Shown here one piece after another: positions 1 through 12,475 of a stretch of DNA of 64,000 nt. The DNA comes from Blasia pusilla. Taxonomy: Eukaryota. Below the pieces are notes generated by a model. That model saw only the letters and a program-made list of their open reading frames with translations. It did not search any database and was not told the origin of the DNA. How positions within the stretch are numbered: the stretch's first letter is position 1; every line of letters begins with the position of its first letter. Location: assembly GCA_050084515.1 (NCBI GenBank), contig CM114271.1:13392001-13456000 (forward strand). The letters run 5' to 3'. The translations under genes and the position numbers were made by a program.

Positions 1-73
1 ACTCAAGATAGTCCGCTGGCTCCAATGCCCTATCCACGATAGATCTTGGCCTATCGGCTACTCAGATGTGACA
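1..73 (-). repeat. 5' terminus (A repeat) of another copy of the DNMT-Gypsy family, running off the left edge of the window
   Basis: Reverse complement reads TGTCACATCTGAGTAGCCGATAGGCCAAGATCTATCGTGGATAGGGC..., near-identical to 4993- and 17003-. It is not preceded by a B repeat, so it is an A1 end. Confidence 0.85.
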
Positions 74-1829
74 AGGTGGTGGGCGATGACTAAGATACTG
101 TACAAACATTGCAAGCTGTAAGCGCAGAAAACTCAAAAGAGACAAATAAAACTTTGAATCTGCATAATGCGAGAAGAGCGGTAACTAGAGCTTATAAATA
201 TAGACGAATACTTTGTATTAGGGTTAAACTTGGGCGGGTAAGAGAAACATATGCAAGTAGAGTGCTTATTATCAAGCGGAAAAACTTTAACGCGTAGAGG
301 GAGTAGAAATTGGACGAGCGGTAGAGCTGAAAAAAACCAAAGGAGTACTCACAACAAAGACCCTCGGAAAGAAGCGAAAAAATTGTAACGCGTAGAAGGA
401 GTAGAAATCAGACGAGTGGCAAAGTTGAGAAAATATTTATGAGTATTGACGAAAACCAGAGAAGTACTCACAACAATCACAAAAAATACAATCGAATATG
501 AATTGGAGATGGAAAAATAAATTCGATTCAAACTCATGAGGAATCCGAACAAAAGCATCCGCCATTAGTGTGTAATTGATTACTGCCAGTCTACATGAAC
601 ACCAAGTATAAACGCTGCCACATTCTTGATATGAGAGAGAGGCATTATGTCTCACAAGAAGCGAGAGGCATAATTTATGATATTGGGAACTTTAGATCCT
701 CATCGGACTCTTATCGCACGGTGTTGCTTCATAGTAGTCACGTGTTCCGACACGTGGGTGCCTGCAAGAAAACATGTGGATATGGAGCCACCACGAAAAG
801 GGACCTAAAATGACCCCTACATGTAGTGAAGAGTGAGAGAGTGTTTTTATATTTCATTTATGTCCTCATGTTGAGCTTTTAGAGCACCTCTTGTTTAATT
901 TTTTTAAGAATTATGTCGCTAGAAGCTGCTCTCCTTCATAGCAAAAGATGGATCTGGTTTGATATCAAGTGTAGATTCAAAAATGGAGTTGGCCGCATGA
1001 GCCTTTTTATTTCAATTTTGCATAAGAAAGATCTAAAGGGGTAGGGAGAATTCGTTGCATGTAGATGGACAATCGAGTTGCCTCGATGGGAAGCCCTTAG
1101 TCACGCATGTTTGGGTTTGTTTCCTCATTTTTTTCAAAAGGTTGTGCACAAAGGTATTGCTTCTTTTTTTTGGTTTTAACGTTAACGGATAGCAAAATGA
1201 ATTTGGATAACATCAAAGTGTCGAGAGGGATTGCTTGGATGTAGCATGTGAGTGTGACATCAAGAGTATGTAGGAGTGTGTTGGAGGAGAAAAAAAAGGT
1301 TTAGGTCTTGGGGGGATTTTTAAGTAAGGGCGGCAAGACTAGGGTAAGGGCGGCTAGACTAGGGTTAGGACGGACAATTCTCATAGAGAGCGTAAGGGGA
1401 TGTCATAATTCACTATGAGGGAGGGTCCGCTAGACCGTACGTAAGGAGATATGCCCAACCAAGAGCTCTGTGCAGCGTTGAAGCAAGTTGTAGCGTCAGA
1501 GGGACGTGTGCAAAAGCCTAGAGTGTCGCGACCCTCATAGCTAAACGTGCACCAATGTGGAACATTAGAACTCTAGTGGGCTCACACTAGGATAGAAGCA
1601 TGTTGGAGTCTCTTAGATGAGGCATGAGTTGTAAAAGCGAGATGCAAGCCTTATTGGGTGTCTCAATTGATGATGATTGTAACCTAGCAGAACAAGATCA
1701 AATGTCAAGCAAGACTTGAGAGGAGCTCAAGTCCCACAAGAGTTGGGAGCCAAGGGGATTGTAACCCGACTTGGAACTTGACTAAGCGTTTGGGAGTTCT
1801 CCATGTTGGTGCACATGAGGTGTTGCGGA

Positions 1830-4800
1830 GGGGGTATACAAGAGTAGAGTGCCCCTCCCATTTGTTAATGGATTCTATTATGGATCCATGTCATCGATCC
1901 CACGTTGTGAGGCATGATGATCGACAGCCGTTGACTGTGGTCAACAAGATTGACATGCCATGGGCAGCCTTTCTCACATTTTTTAGTTTTCCCGCTTCCT
2001 ATGCATTCAAGGAGGCCAAGCTTGGCTTGTTTTGGGATGACCAGGTATAGCGGTTGGTGGAGCCCAATGTCGATGAGCGAGAGCTAGCGATGGGATTTCC
2101 CACATGAGTGACGGTAATATCGTCATTATCAGAGGCATCATGACAACGTGTCGTGAGTCAAGTGATGGACGTGAACTGCTTGGCATGGATTATCACCTTA
2201 GGAGTAGCTGAGCAACGTCATTTGAGGATGCAATAGATCATAACTGTTGCATTGGTGAGCCCCATGCCTACCAAGACGGTTGAGGCAGTGGCTAGGGGCG
2301 AGACCCGAGGAGATCAACACATGCACCATGGGTGATCGGGAGAGACACCCTTGGAATTCTTGGGATGTTTTGTAGGTACGTCGGGAAATGATAACCACAA
2401 CATCGAGGGTGGTTTAGGGTACTGCACATGGAGGAGATCAAATTTTGCAGTTGGTTGTAGGGGAGCAATCGAGTCATGTTGTCCAAGACGGGGTTGCACC
2501 ATAGCAACCACCGATACTCGCATCGGAGAATCCTACTGTAGTCACGATGGAGACTTGGGAGCCACATATGGGCCCTAAGTTGAAAGGAGGAGAGGGGCGT
2601 TGGATACATCAATTTCTTAGAAGTTATAGTAGTTGTTTTGCATTCAGCATGCATGATTTTATTGATTTGGGTACGCTGAAGGGTCTAGAGATCCGTATTG
2701 AGTTGTTGAGCGACACGTCGATCTTCCGACAACCCTACAGGTACAATGATATGGAGAGGGCTCTGATTTAGAGTAGAGCCAATATTGGGTTGGAATAGGA
2801 CTAGTGGAGATGTCGCATGGAGAGTATGCATCTAATACTATGAGTCCGTCATGCCTGCCAAGAAGGATGTGCATGGCAACTGGACGGATAGGCGGATGTG
2901 TGGAGATTACCGACCTATTAATTGGCAGATGAAGTACGATAGGTATGCCATGCCCACCCCTAAAGAGATCTTTGATGATATTGGGCTTGCGAAGATCTTT
3001 AGTTTGTTGGATCTTTGAGCCAGATACCATCAGTTGCTTATCAGATTTGAGAATAGGCAAAAGACGACATTTTGGGGCATCGATCCTTACGGGAAGGATT
3101 GCTTGTACCAATGGCCGTTCTTACCATTTGGGTTAAAGAACGCTCCGATTGAGTTTCAGAGGGTCATGGATAGGATCTTGGTAGGTCTAGATTTTTCTAG
3201 GTGTTATAGTGATGACATCGTAGTCTTTAGCGCCACGGTTGAGGAGCATGAGCGACATCTGTAGGAGGTGTTTTGACGATTGCAGTTACATGGGCTAAAG
3301 CTACATCCAGACAAGTGCAAGCTCTTCTACAATCAGATTGAGTACTTGGGTCATACCATATATCCATGTGGCCTTGGTGTGCAACAGACAAAGGTAGAGG
3401 CTATTTGATGCCCTACAGATGTGAGTCGAGTTTGTGCATTCATGGGATTGGCAAACTTCTATCGATGATACGTCAAGGGTTTCAGTTTGATTGTGAAGCC
3501 GCTAACTTGCTGACCAAGGTGGATCAAGAGTGGCACTGGGAGAGTGAGCAGGAGAGAGCATTTCAGTTGCTCAAGGAGAGGTTGACGTCTGCACCTATAT
3601 TGAGGAGACCGATCAGGGGGCCTCTGTTCCAGTTACATATCCATTAGAGCATGTTGGGGCTTGGAGCCGTGCTCACCCAACATGACGATGAGGGTAGAGA
3701 GTTTGTGGTGGCTTACGCAAGTCACTCAAACTACGTTGCGAAGGTGAATTATAGCTCATATGAGGGTGAGTGCTTGGTTGCAGTGTGGGCTGTCGCGTAT
3801 TTCAGGCGTTATTTATTCGGCAAACCCTTTACCATTATGACTGATCATCACCCACTTAAGTGGTTGATGGAGTTTGACAAGCCTACAGAGAAGCTTGCGA
3901 GGTCGGCTCTATTGTTGTAGGAGTATGATTTCTAGATAGTACATAGACCTCGGATACTCAACCAGGATGTAGATGGTTTGAGTTGTAACCCATGCCTGAG
4001 CCAGTGAGATATGTGACTAGAGCTTGATGGCATGGAGAGAGTGATGAGGAGTTGGTTCCAAGATGGCACGCGTCAGCCTATTTGCGGATGTTGGATATGG
4101 AGAGCCACATTTTTGAGACTTCGATGGCGAGGTCTAATGGAGATTCCTTAGATCTAGAGGCCGGTGAAGAGATGACATGTGGCCAAGATATTCAAGAGGA
4201 TGGAGTAGTCTTGGAGTAACTGCGTGCTCGCAACGTCGCGAGCACAATTGGTGCTAGAGAGTGGAATCGGATCCTACAATGAGCCAGATGGTTCTAATGG
4301 GAGGGGACACATATGTTGCAAGTTTGGGAGGATGGTAGAGTACGTGTAGTGCCTTATCCTTCATAGAGAGCATGTCTGGTGCGCCATGCCCACGAGGAGT
4401 AAGGTCATTTTGGAGTGAAGCGGACGTACAACTTGCTCCAGATACAGTATTGGTGGTGAGGTATGCAGGCTGATATTCAACAGTGTGTGATCGGGTGCAA
4501 ACATCGTTCAATCCTCTGACTCCACAATTTCATCCACTTCCGATCATGGATTTAGGTTATATATGGAGTTTGGATTTTGCAGGACCTTTACCTTTGACGG
4601 AGCGCCATAGTCGTTATGTGTTGGTGATGGTTCGACACTTCTTGAATTGGATAGAGTTGGTTACATTGCTTGACAAAACAAGTGAGGGAGTAGCGTATTC
4701 CTTCCTAGGTTGAATATTGAATCATTACGGCGCACCAACTCAGTTGTTGACAGACCACGACACAGAGTTTTGCGGGGAGTTTCAAGCCTTGTGTGATCAC

Positions 4801-4992
4801 GTGTTGATCGACCACCGCACCACTTCGCAAGAGCATCCTCAGGAAAATGGACTAAAGGAGAGGGTTGTGTAGACGGTGAAGAGAGGTTACGTAAGCATGG
4901 CTTGTAGAGAGGTCACCTAGGGGATTCGGACCTCCAGTTTCCGTGGTTGGCGATGGGATACAGATTCAACATGCAAGCCTCCTTAACGTCTT
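1830..4992 (+). pseudogene. Element A pol fragment: C-terminal methyltransferase part (TRD, motifs IX/X), RT, RNase H, N-terminal integrase
   Basis: EPNVDERELAMGF and VSQVMDVNCL (motifs IX/X), LPFGLKNAP..FQRVMD, CYSDDIVVF (RT), YSSYEGECL (RNase H), WSLDFAGPLP (integrase). Many stops and frameshifts. gag, protease and the MTase N-terminus are absent. Confidence 0.85.
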
Positions 4993-5472
4993 CGTCACAT
5001 CTGGGTAGCCGATAGGCCGAGATCTATCGTGGATAGGGCGTTGGAACCAGTGGACTATCTTGAATGTAACTTTGTCCCACTATGTCGGATGAGGTTGAAG
5101 ATAGGTCCATTGTGTCAGGAATGTTATTTCTGACAATTTTCATGTTGAGGTCTTTCACAGCGGGATGACTTGTTGACTAGGTCACCCGCCCCTGGTAACC
5201 TGTGCGTGCAGGTTACCAAGGGGAGGGCTATTTTTAGGGGAAGAGCCTTTTGGCTCTTCCCAACCCTATATAAGAGAGGAAGGTGGCTTTCCTAAGCCAT
5301 CTTTCTCATGTTGGGCCATTGGAGCACCTCTCTTGTATGTGTGTGAGATAGGACTAGGGTGCTAGCCTCCAGATTCCTTGATAGCATAGGGTGGACAAGG
5401 CTCAATATGCCAATGTAGATTGAGGAGTGGAGTTTTAGGCCGGGTGTACCGTTTTTACTACTCTTAATTTTT
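4993..5472 (+). repeat. Element B repeat A1 (480 bp)
   Basis: Aligns along its whole length with 17003-17483. Contains a TATATAA box near 5267. Confidence 0.92.
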
Positions 5473-6855
5473 ACATGAGAAAGATGTTAGGGGGCTGGTG
5501 GGAATTCGTTGTTTGTAGGTAGGCAAGCGAGTTGCCTTGGTCGGGAGCCCCTGGAGACGCGTGTGTTGCGGGTGTTGGTCATTTTTTTGTTCGGAAGGCC
5601 GTGGGCAAAATCGCTGTCCGTTTTTCATAGATTTCTTTGGTGCGGGTTGAAGGGGAACAACAGCTGAGTGTAGCGCACGGTGTGCAACAAGTGGCAGTGA
5701 GTGAATCAACGACGAGTGAGTGCCGCGTGTCGCAAAAGAGAGAGCTTTGTCTTGTAGTCGCCGGGGGGCTGTCAAGCAAAGGCGGCTTGGTAGCTATTTA
5801 GGTTACTTGTAGCGTTTTAGGTCATAGAGCTGTGTTAGGTAACTTGGATCCGCGGGGCTTCTAGGTACAAGCGTTGGACTTGAGCGTCTAAGGAAGGAAG
5901 AGAGAGGGGCCCGCATAGGGCCTCGTGCCCATACAGGATTGCGGCTCCATAGGGAGCCGCGCAGGTGTAGTTAAAGCAGGGCCGCAACCACATAGGGCTA
6001 CGTGCCCTCAACAGACCCCGTAGGCCCAAGGCCGCGGTAGAGAGGGGGTCGCGGGAGCTGAGGAGCTCTTAAGGTCGAGGAAGGAGGGGGTGGAAGGAGT
6101 CATTATGACTCCAAAGATGGAGGAAGGGCATGGGCAGGTGTGCCCACATAGGGCGCATGCCAAATGGGTAGAGACAGAGCCGGGAGCTAGGAGCGGGAGT
6201 GAAGGAGGAAAGAGGGGGCGTTTAGGGTCTCGGCCTCATAGGGCCGCGCGCCTAAGGGAGTAAAGAGAAGTAGTTCGGTAAGGGAGAGCACTTATGGCTC
6301 GGGATAAGAAGCTCTGAGAGAGGTTAGGATAAAGGCGGGGCTGAAAGGTGGTAGCCGGAGAGCAAGGTTGCGCGTGGCAGGGAGTTCGAGAAGTAGGGAG
6401 TAAGAGTCGGGTGAAGGTGGCGGAAGGTACTATCACCACATAGATAAGAGTGATGTGGTGACCAGGCTACCCGGTTAGGCAAGTTTGGATATGCTTACGT
6501 AGTTAGGAGAGCATACGTGGTCGATCGGGCTTCTACCAAGTTTTTCAGAGTTTAGATTTTCCGAACATTATTTTCGGAGGACTGGACTAACTGCCAGCAA
6601 GGTGGGTGAGCTACACCGACAGTTGACGACGGAGTGGTAGTGCTGGAGACACATGCACTGATGCCGACGGGTAGTCCGTATCTGTTGACGAGAGACTCAG
6701 GGTTGCTGTCAGACGGTGAGTCTGACAGGGTTGTCATCACGGCATTCTTCCAGGTTTCGGAAGAACGGGGTAGTGCAAGCACTAGTAGTGGTGGGACACG
6801 GAGTGGAGTGAGATACCGAGGGGTCACCAGTGAGAAGCTACCTCGACATCCATCC

Positions 6856-8753
6856 ATGGCTAGATCGTCATCACTAGACACTGGGTCTGGTGACGAGATC
6901 GCAGACGAAGGCAGTATCACTTGGCAGGAGATGGACAACATGGGCCATCGGGGCATGCGTCGTTTCTCCGGTGCAATGGGCACCATTGACTTAGATGATT
7001 TTATCCAGGAGTTCGACACGTGGTGCGACTTCCAGGAGATACGGACCCCGACACGGTTCAACCCTTTCATGGCATGGAAGGGGTTGTTTGAGCACTTGGA
7101 GGGTCCTCCGATGGATGATTACATGGAGTTTCGATCACTATATTCAGTAGAGATCGATGCTTGGAGGATGTATTGGGCTCCAGGGTATGTGTCCACTGGT
7201 GGTCGCAAGGCATATGATGGGATTGTGAGAGGAGAGAGACCCACACCATCAGCCCGGAGACTAGATGGAGAGGAGGGCAGTGAGACAGGCGATGTGGCAC
7301 AGATCTCTAGTGGTAGCGAGCCACCCAGCTTTAGCCCCAGTGGAGTTCTTCCGACAGTTGGGGAAGAGCTACCAAGGCATACACACCAACAAGCTGAAGA
7401 GTCTACAGGATATTCAGCGACGATCAGGTGAGAGTTTGAGAGAGGCATTCACGCGCATGAGGAGGCTGATCATTGCTACGTATGGAGTGACTGAGGCGCA
7501 GTCAGTCCAGTATTGGTATGGGGTTCTGGACTGAGAACTACGGAGGAGAGTCCGAGATGCGGTGCTAATTCACACAGCAAAGCCCACATTGAAGGTGATC
7601 TTTGAGTTTTTTGAGCGTATTGAGCTCAACATGAGTGAGGAGCAAGTAGTGACCGCTGGATTTTCTCGAGAGTCGACGGATCCACGAGCGACGGTGACCC
7701 CACAGGTGCCACAACGAGCACCAGTACCACAGGAGCGGGCCGGTGTGCCCAGAGAGCAGGTCGGGTACCGTGAGCCTATAAGGCAATGACCCATACCTAC
7801 ATATGTTGCCCAGTAGGCACCGATGTGGTCTTGTTGGACGTGTGGAGGGGCCCATAGGCAAAGAGATTGCCCACAGCATGGGAGAGGACCACGAGCGCCT
7901 CCGATTGCTCAAGAGCCACAGAGGAAGTCCCCACCACAACCCTAGTGTGACTATTGCCACAGATATGGTCACACTAGGGATAGATGTTTTGACCTTCGCC
8001 GAGAGGCACGTCCAGAGGTAGGCCAAGGGCCTGGGGGCGATCGTCTTGGAGGAGGTCGGGGAGTTCTTCCTGGACATGGTGGTAGAGGACCACCACCAGC
8101 CAAAGGAGATGGAGTCGGAGCACCAGAGTTGGCACTTCTCACGCGCATGGATCAGTTGGAGCAGAGGATTGCTGCCAGGACGATGATGCAGCTCAAGGAA
8201 GGCACAGAGCCGCGAGCAGCTAGTGTGGCTCCAACTTCTACCTCTTACCTTGACCCGGGTGAGGATCTTGCCAGTATGGGATTTATGTGTAGTGCAGCCT
8301 AGGTTGAGGCAGCTGCAGTGGTGACTCGGGGTGCTGCGAGAGGCACCGAGCCATCGAGAGGTGGAGTTGAGATTGACCTACTAGAGGGGATCAATGAGCG
8401 GCAGGCCAGGGTTCCACAGTCATTCACATTGTCGGCGGCACTACACACACTAGAGCGAGCAGTGGTGAAACGTGGAGTAGTGTTACTAGATAACCGAGCG
8501 GGAGTATTTTTCTTGGTTAGTCCAATGGGGACAGTATACCACCCGCAACGCGTCCTACTTGATTCGGGAGCGCAACCCTTGATGTTAGGGAAGGCGGCGT
8601 GTTTAGCGTTGGGGTTACGGAAGGCCGACATTGAGCCTTGTCCCTTCCAGATACAAACCTCGATTGGGGGCGTGTCACCCACGCAATATATGACTCGACA
8701 GGAGATAGTTGTCAGAGTCCAGCCAGAGCATGCGACGGATAGTGCGAGGTGCG
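6856..8753 (+). pseudogene. Element B gag plus aspartic protease (decayed)
   Basis: MARSSS...DLDDFIQEFDTWCD...; zinc knuckles CWTCGGAHRQRDC (~7832) and CDYCHRYGHTRDRC (~7947); RGG-rich stretch; protease active site VLLDSGAQ (~8550-8575). Confidence 0.85.
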
Positions 8754-11700
8754 GTAAGAGGAGAGGAAGAGAGGAAGAGAGGAGAGAGGAGAGAGGAAAC
8801 TACCTTCAACCGAAATAGATACTTTTTTTTGAAGAGAGTTTCCGTTGGGTTGAAGAGAGGAAACTTTTTGTGTGAATTTTTGCACTTTTTTGTTCATTTA
8901 TTAAACAATCCCACAATTTTTTTTTCCTCTTCCATATTTTGGCAACCCCTATGAGTCCGACGAGTTGCAAATTGCACAAAATTTACAAAACTGAAAAATC
9001 AGTGGAATCATAAGTGTGGAACCAATCACTTTTTCCATCCAAGGTCTGGAAAAAATCTATCATTTGCCCTGGGCTCAATAGAGTTCAAGCTCACAGTGAA
9101 GGTTGAGAAAAAAATAAAAGTACAATCTAAAACCTCATTTTGCATCCTCAAAGTGGTTTGTTTAAAATACTTGAACTTCTTTGAGGGGTGGGGTGGTTGG
9201 TGGATTCCTACTCCTACCTCCGACTCTCTTAAAACTACCAAACAACACATAGTACATGTGCTTACAAGGAAATACCTTTTGCCACTTGTCTCTCTTTGGA
9301 CAAAGTCATCACATGAACATGTGGGAAAGCAACAGATGTGCACCACATACACCCTGTGACACTTGAATTTCTGTGTTGTTCTGACCCAATACATCCTTCC
9401 TATTCCATTGCCACTCAAGACATCTTTCGTGGCGATGATCTCCATTTTGCCTCCCAAGCTGGTGCAATTCATTTTGCTCTCTCCACCATTGGCCTAGACA
9501 TTCTGTTTCTCTTCACCCCATTTCTAGACTCAAGCAGAAATAATGGATTGAGATCATCCACCTTCTCCGGGTACATGTTGACATCAATCTTGGGTTGAAT
9601 CGAAATCGAAGGTCTCTGTAATCGAACATGCTCGAACTTCCCCGTCTCTGAGTCGAAACCGACACTTGTAAGATTGTCCACTTCATCTTGAGTGCGATTC
9701 GTGTACTGCGGCGATGGGCCAAATCGTGGGGGTATTCGGGAGCTCCAATGGCAGCGGATAAGACTTCGAAAGCGCAAGATTCATTTGGGCAGAAGAAGTA
9801 CTTCAATTGATCCCCGGTCCTCGTGAAACGATCAAAGGTTTTGAGTCCCCAAAACCCAGGCAGTGGTCGTCCAGTCCTTGTACAGTTCTTATTTAGGAAA
9901 GTGCCGCATGCTCTCCTAATGCCATCTGATCCTTCCTTGCACGTGGGTCCACATCCTGGGTCGCTCCGAGATATATGCCACCGTTTTAGGTTGCAATCCA
10001 CTTCCATTACCGGAATCCCATATTGTTGAACCACCCCAGTGAGAGGATGTTGCAAACTTCCAGCAACGGAGGGCTTTTGAAATAAAACATTCACTGATTT
10101 TGGAGAAGTAACTCCATCACGGATTTGGGACGGGTTCGGGGTCCCCGAATACCTGGGCGGTGTAATTTCCTCATCCAAATCAATCACCGGATTTGTTCCT
10201 CGATGCTGCCTCTTCACCTGCTTGAAGTCAAGATACTTATCTGGTCTCCACGAGTCTCGTTCGGACTGCTCTACCACCATCTGTATGGGACGTCTTGAAA
10301 CCCGCCCACGAATATCCCCACCTATGTGTACGTCTTGCTCGAGTGGAGTTCCAGCTACGCACCGGTTGAAGGCTTCGACATACAATTTTTCATCACCAGA
10401 TCTCACAGCCGCCCTAACATAGAGCTCGTAGATCGACGACCCTTTTCCTTTTGTTATGCCTCTTGTGAGGAAGATATGGGATGCTGCAGACTGTAGCATT
10501 GCTCTTGCCTGGTCTTGTTGGCATGCCTCCACAAGTGAAATTCGTTGGCATGCTTGTGACGACCTCCAAGAGGAATGAACACTTTCTGCTCCACTTGTGT
10601 TGGGGTAGAGGGCATTTTCATGAACGTTCAATCCCTGCAACGACGGCAATGTTAGAAGGGAACGAAAATAACCCAGGAGTAAAAGAAATAAGCGACCTGT
10701 CGGAACCAGACGGGTTGCAGGCCCGAGGCATCCCATTAACGACTCTGCGACCCGTCGGGTCCCGACGTGTTGTAACCCTAAACCCACCTACCGCAACCCG
10801 TCGGAACCCGACGGGTTGCAAGGCCGAGGCATCCCATGAACGACTCTGTGACCCGTCGGGTCCCGACGGGTTGCACACTCGAGACGACACCAAACATCTG
10901 GATGCAACCCGTCGGTTTCCGTCGGGTTGCACACTCGGGCAACCCGTCGCATCCGACAGCTTGCTTGGTTTCTTGGGTTTGAAATCCATATAATTCCCAC
11001 GCTTCTCACCCTGAGCTACAACTTTACAAACAATTCTCAGCGTGAGCTTGACAAGACAAAATGGTGAACTCACCTGCCGCATGAAGTTTCCCCATTGTCT
11101 CATACGTACAGTCCACCAACTCAACCAAGAGCACAACTCTTTGTACTTCCCCTTAATCGCATGCTTCCTCCACCACCCATGAAGTTCTTCCTGGCAGTCC
11201 ATGGCCTGCTTCAAGGTTTTTCTGCCCTTGCAACGTTGGAGTAGAGTGACATGCTCTGTCCTCTTATTCTCCTTGATGCAAGATTTGGTGTACCGGGTCA
11301 CAGACTGTTGCTAATGGAAAGCATCCGACCTTTCCCTCTCCGGTTGAACCTCTCCACCCCAGAACACTTCCCGGATAGGAATCCACCCAGGTTGTGCATT
11401 GTCCGCCATGAACCCATAAATTTCCGGAGGTGGCCTTTTGTTTTCCTTCATCACCTCCAATAAGAGTAACAAAGACACATCTTCAACCGCCAACGTCTTC
11501 GCCTTTACTTCACACACAAATATAGTTTTGAGTCCCTTCTCCACATGGTCATAAACGTGAGCACCCATCGTCAACCATCCATTCAGCACTCTGTAGCAAA
11601 TATCAAAGCTGACCCAAATCCCGTAAAGATCTTCCCCTTCCCTCATTCTATCTATAAGATCGAGGCCACTCGAGGGACCTGTGGTTGACATTTTGAAGAC

Positions 11701-11946
11701 ATAGGCCCTGGATCCCTCGCCTCCTTGGCCCATGAACTGCCATCTCTGAATGAATGGAAATCTGGAGTTGGCCTTGATTCTGGCGATGGCATCCATTTCG
11801 GCCGTCTTTCCATCGAACTCAGATATCGACGCAACAAATTCCGGAAGCATTCAGGATCAGCGAGAAATGCGAGATTTTCCCAGAGTTGTTTCTCCTCAAC
11901 CGCCGTGATCTCGCCCTGTCCAGGGATTCCAAGCAATTGTTCCTAT
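8754..11946 (-). mobile_element. 5'-truncated Mutator-like (MULE) transposase gene fragment with SWIM zinc finger, inserted in the element B protease
   Basis: WVSFDICYRV, YGFMADNA, AFH and PNTSGAESVHSSW (MULE DDE-like motifs). CFPTCSCDDF..PCKH (SWIM) at ~9260-9335. GT-AG intron 11073-10635 joins MRQ|GLNV in frame. Flanked by GGTGCG at 8748-8753 and 11947-11952. No TIRs. Confidence 0.7.
10692..10964. repeat. Array of six ~27-bp palindromic units inside the MULE intron
   Basis: The unit at 10793-10819 is GCAACCCGTCGG-AAC-CCGACGGGTTGC (perfect 12-bp stem). Five degenerate copies surround it. Confidence 0.85.
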
Positions 11947-12475
11947 GGTGCGCACACGTGTGATTACGACACCAGCTGAGCCGTACCATGCGTTGGTGGG
12001 GAGAACACTATTATATCCCCTAGGTTTCATCCTTGACTTCTGGGAGGAGACCGTTGCTTATCGGCCAAGATGGCGGTCAAGTGACGGCCGGATGAGTTAG
12101 TTACCCATGCAGTTTGCGGAACGAGGTGGTCGATCACGAGGCGAGTCTGTGACCACGTTGGCAGCTTTCACAGGTAGTGTTAGTTGGCCAGGAGAGTTGT
12201 TGGAGGGGAACGCACATGCGGAGGATGTCCCAGTAGCAGATAGTCCCACGGAGAGACAGGCCATGGTGGGTGTCTCTTCCCATGTTGGCGAGACCTCTTC
12301 ACCATTGTGGGGTACGACTTGAGAGCTACAGAGGAGTGCCGACGACCTCGTGAGGCATGCGTGGAGTCATGCTTTTATCCCGGAGCAGCGAGAGTCACGT
12401 GGCAATTGGACTTTTGGAGTGGAGACGTTGATCCCACTAGATACCACACTCGCTGTGTGGCAGTGCCCAGAGGAG

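Noticed and set aside
289-476. Two diverged copies of a ~70-90 bp unit (AACGCGTAGA.GGAGTAGAAAT...GTACTCACAACAA)
   Set aside because: A real local duplication, but only two copies and no assignable function.
8740-8760. Protease as an insertion hotspot (B and C are both interrupted about 50 bp apart in homologous positions)
   Set aside because: Different insert types and mechanisms, n=2; compatible with chance.
10692-10964. CRISPR array
   Set aside because: Palindromic repeats are present, but spacers vary widely in length, spacers 1 and 3 are near-duplicates, there are no cas genes, and the array lies in a eukaryotic intron.
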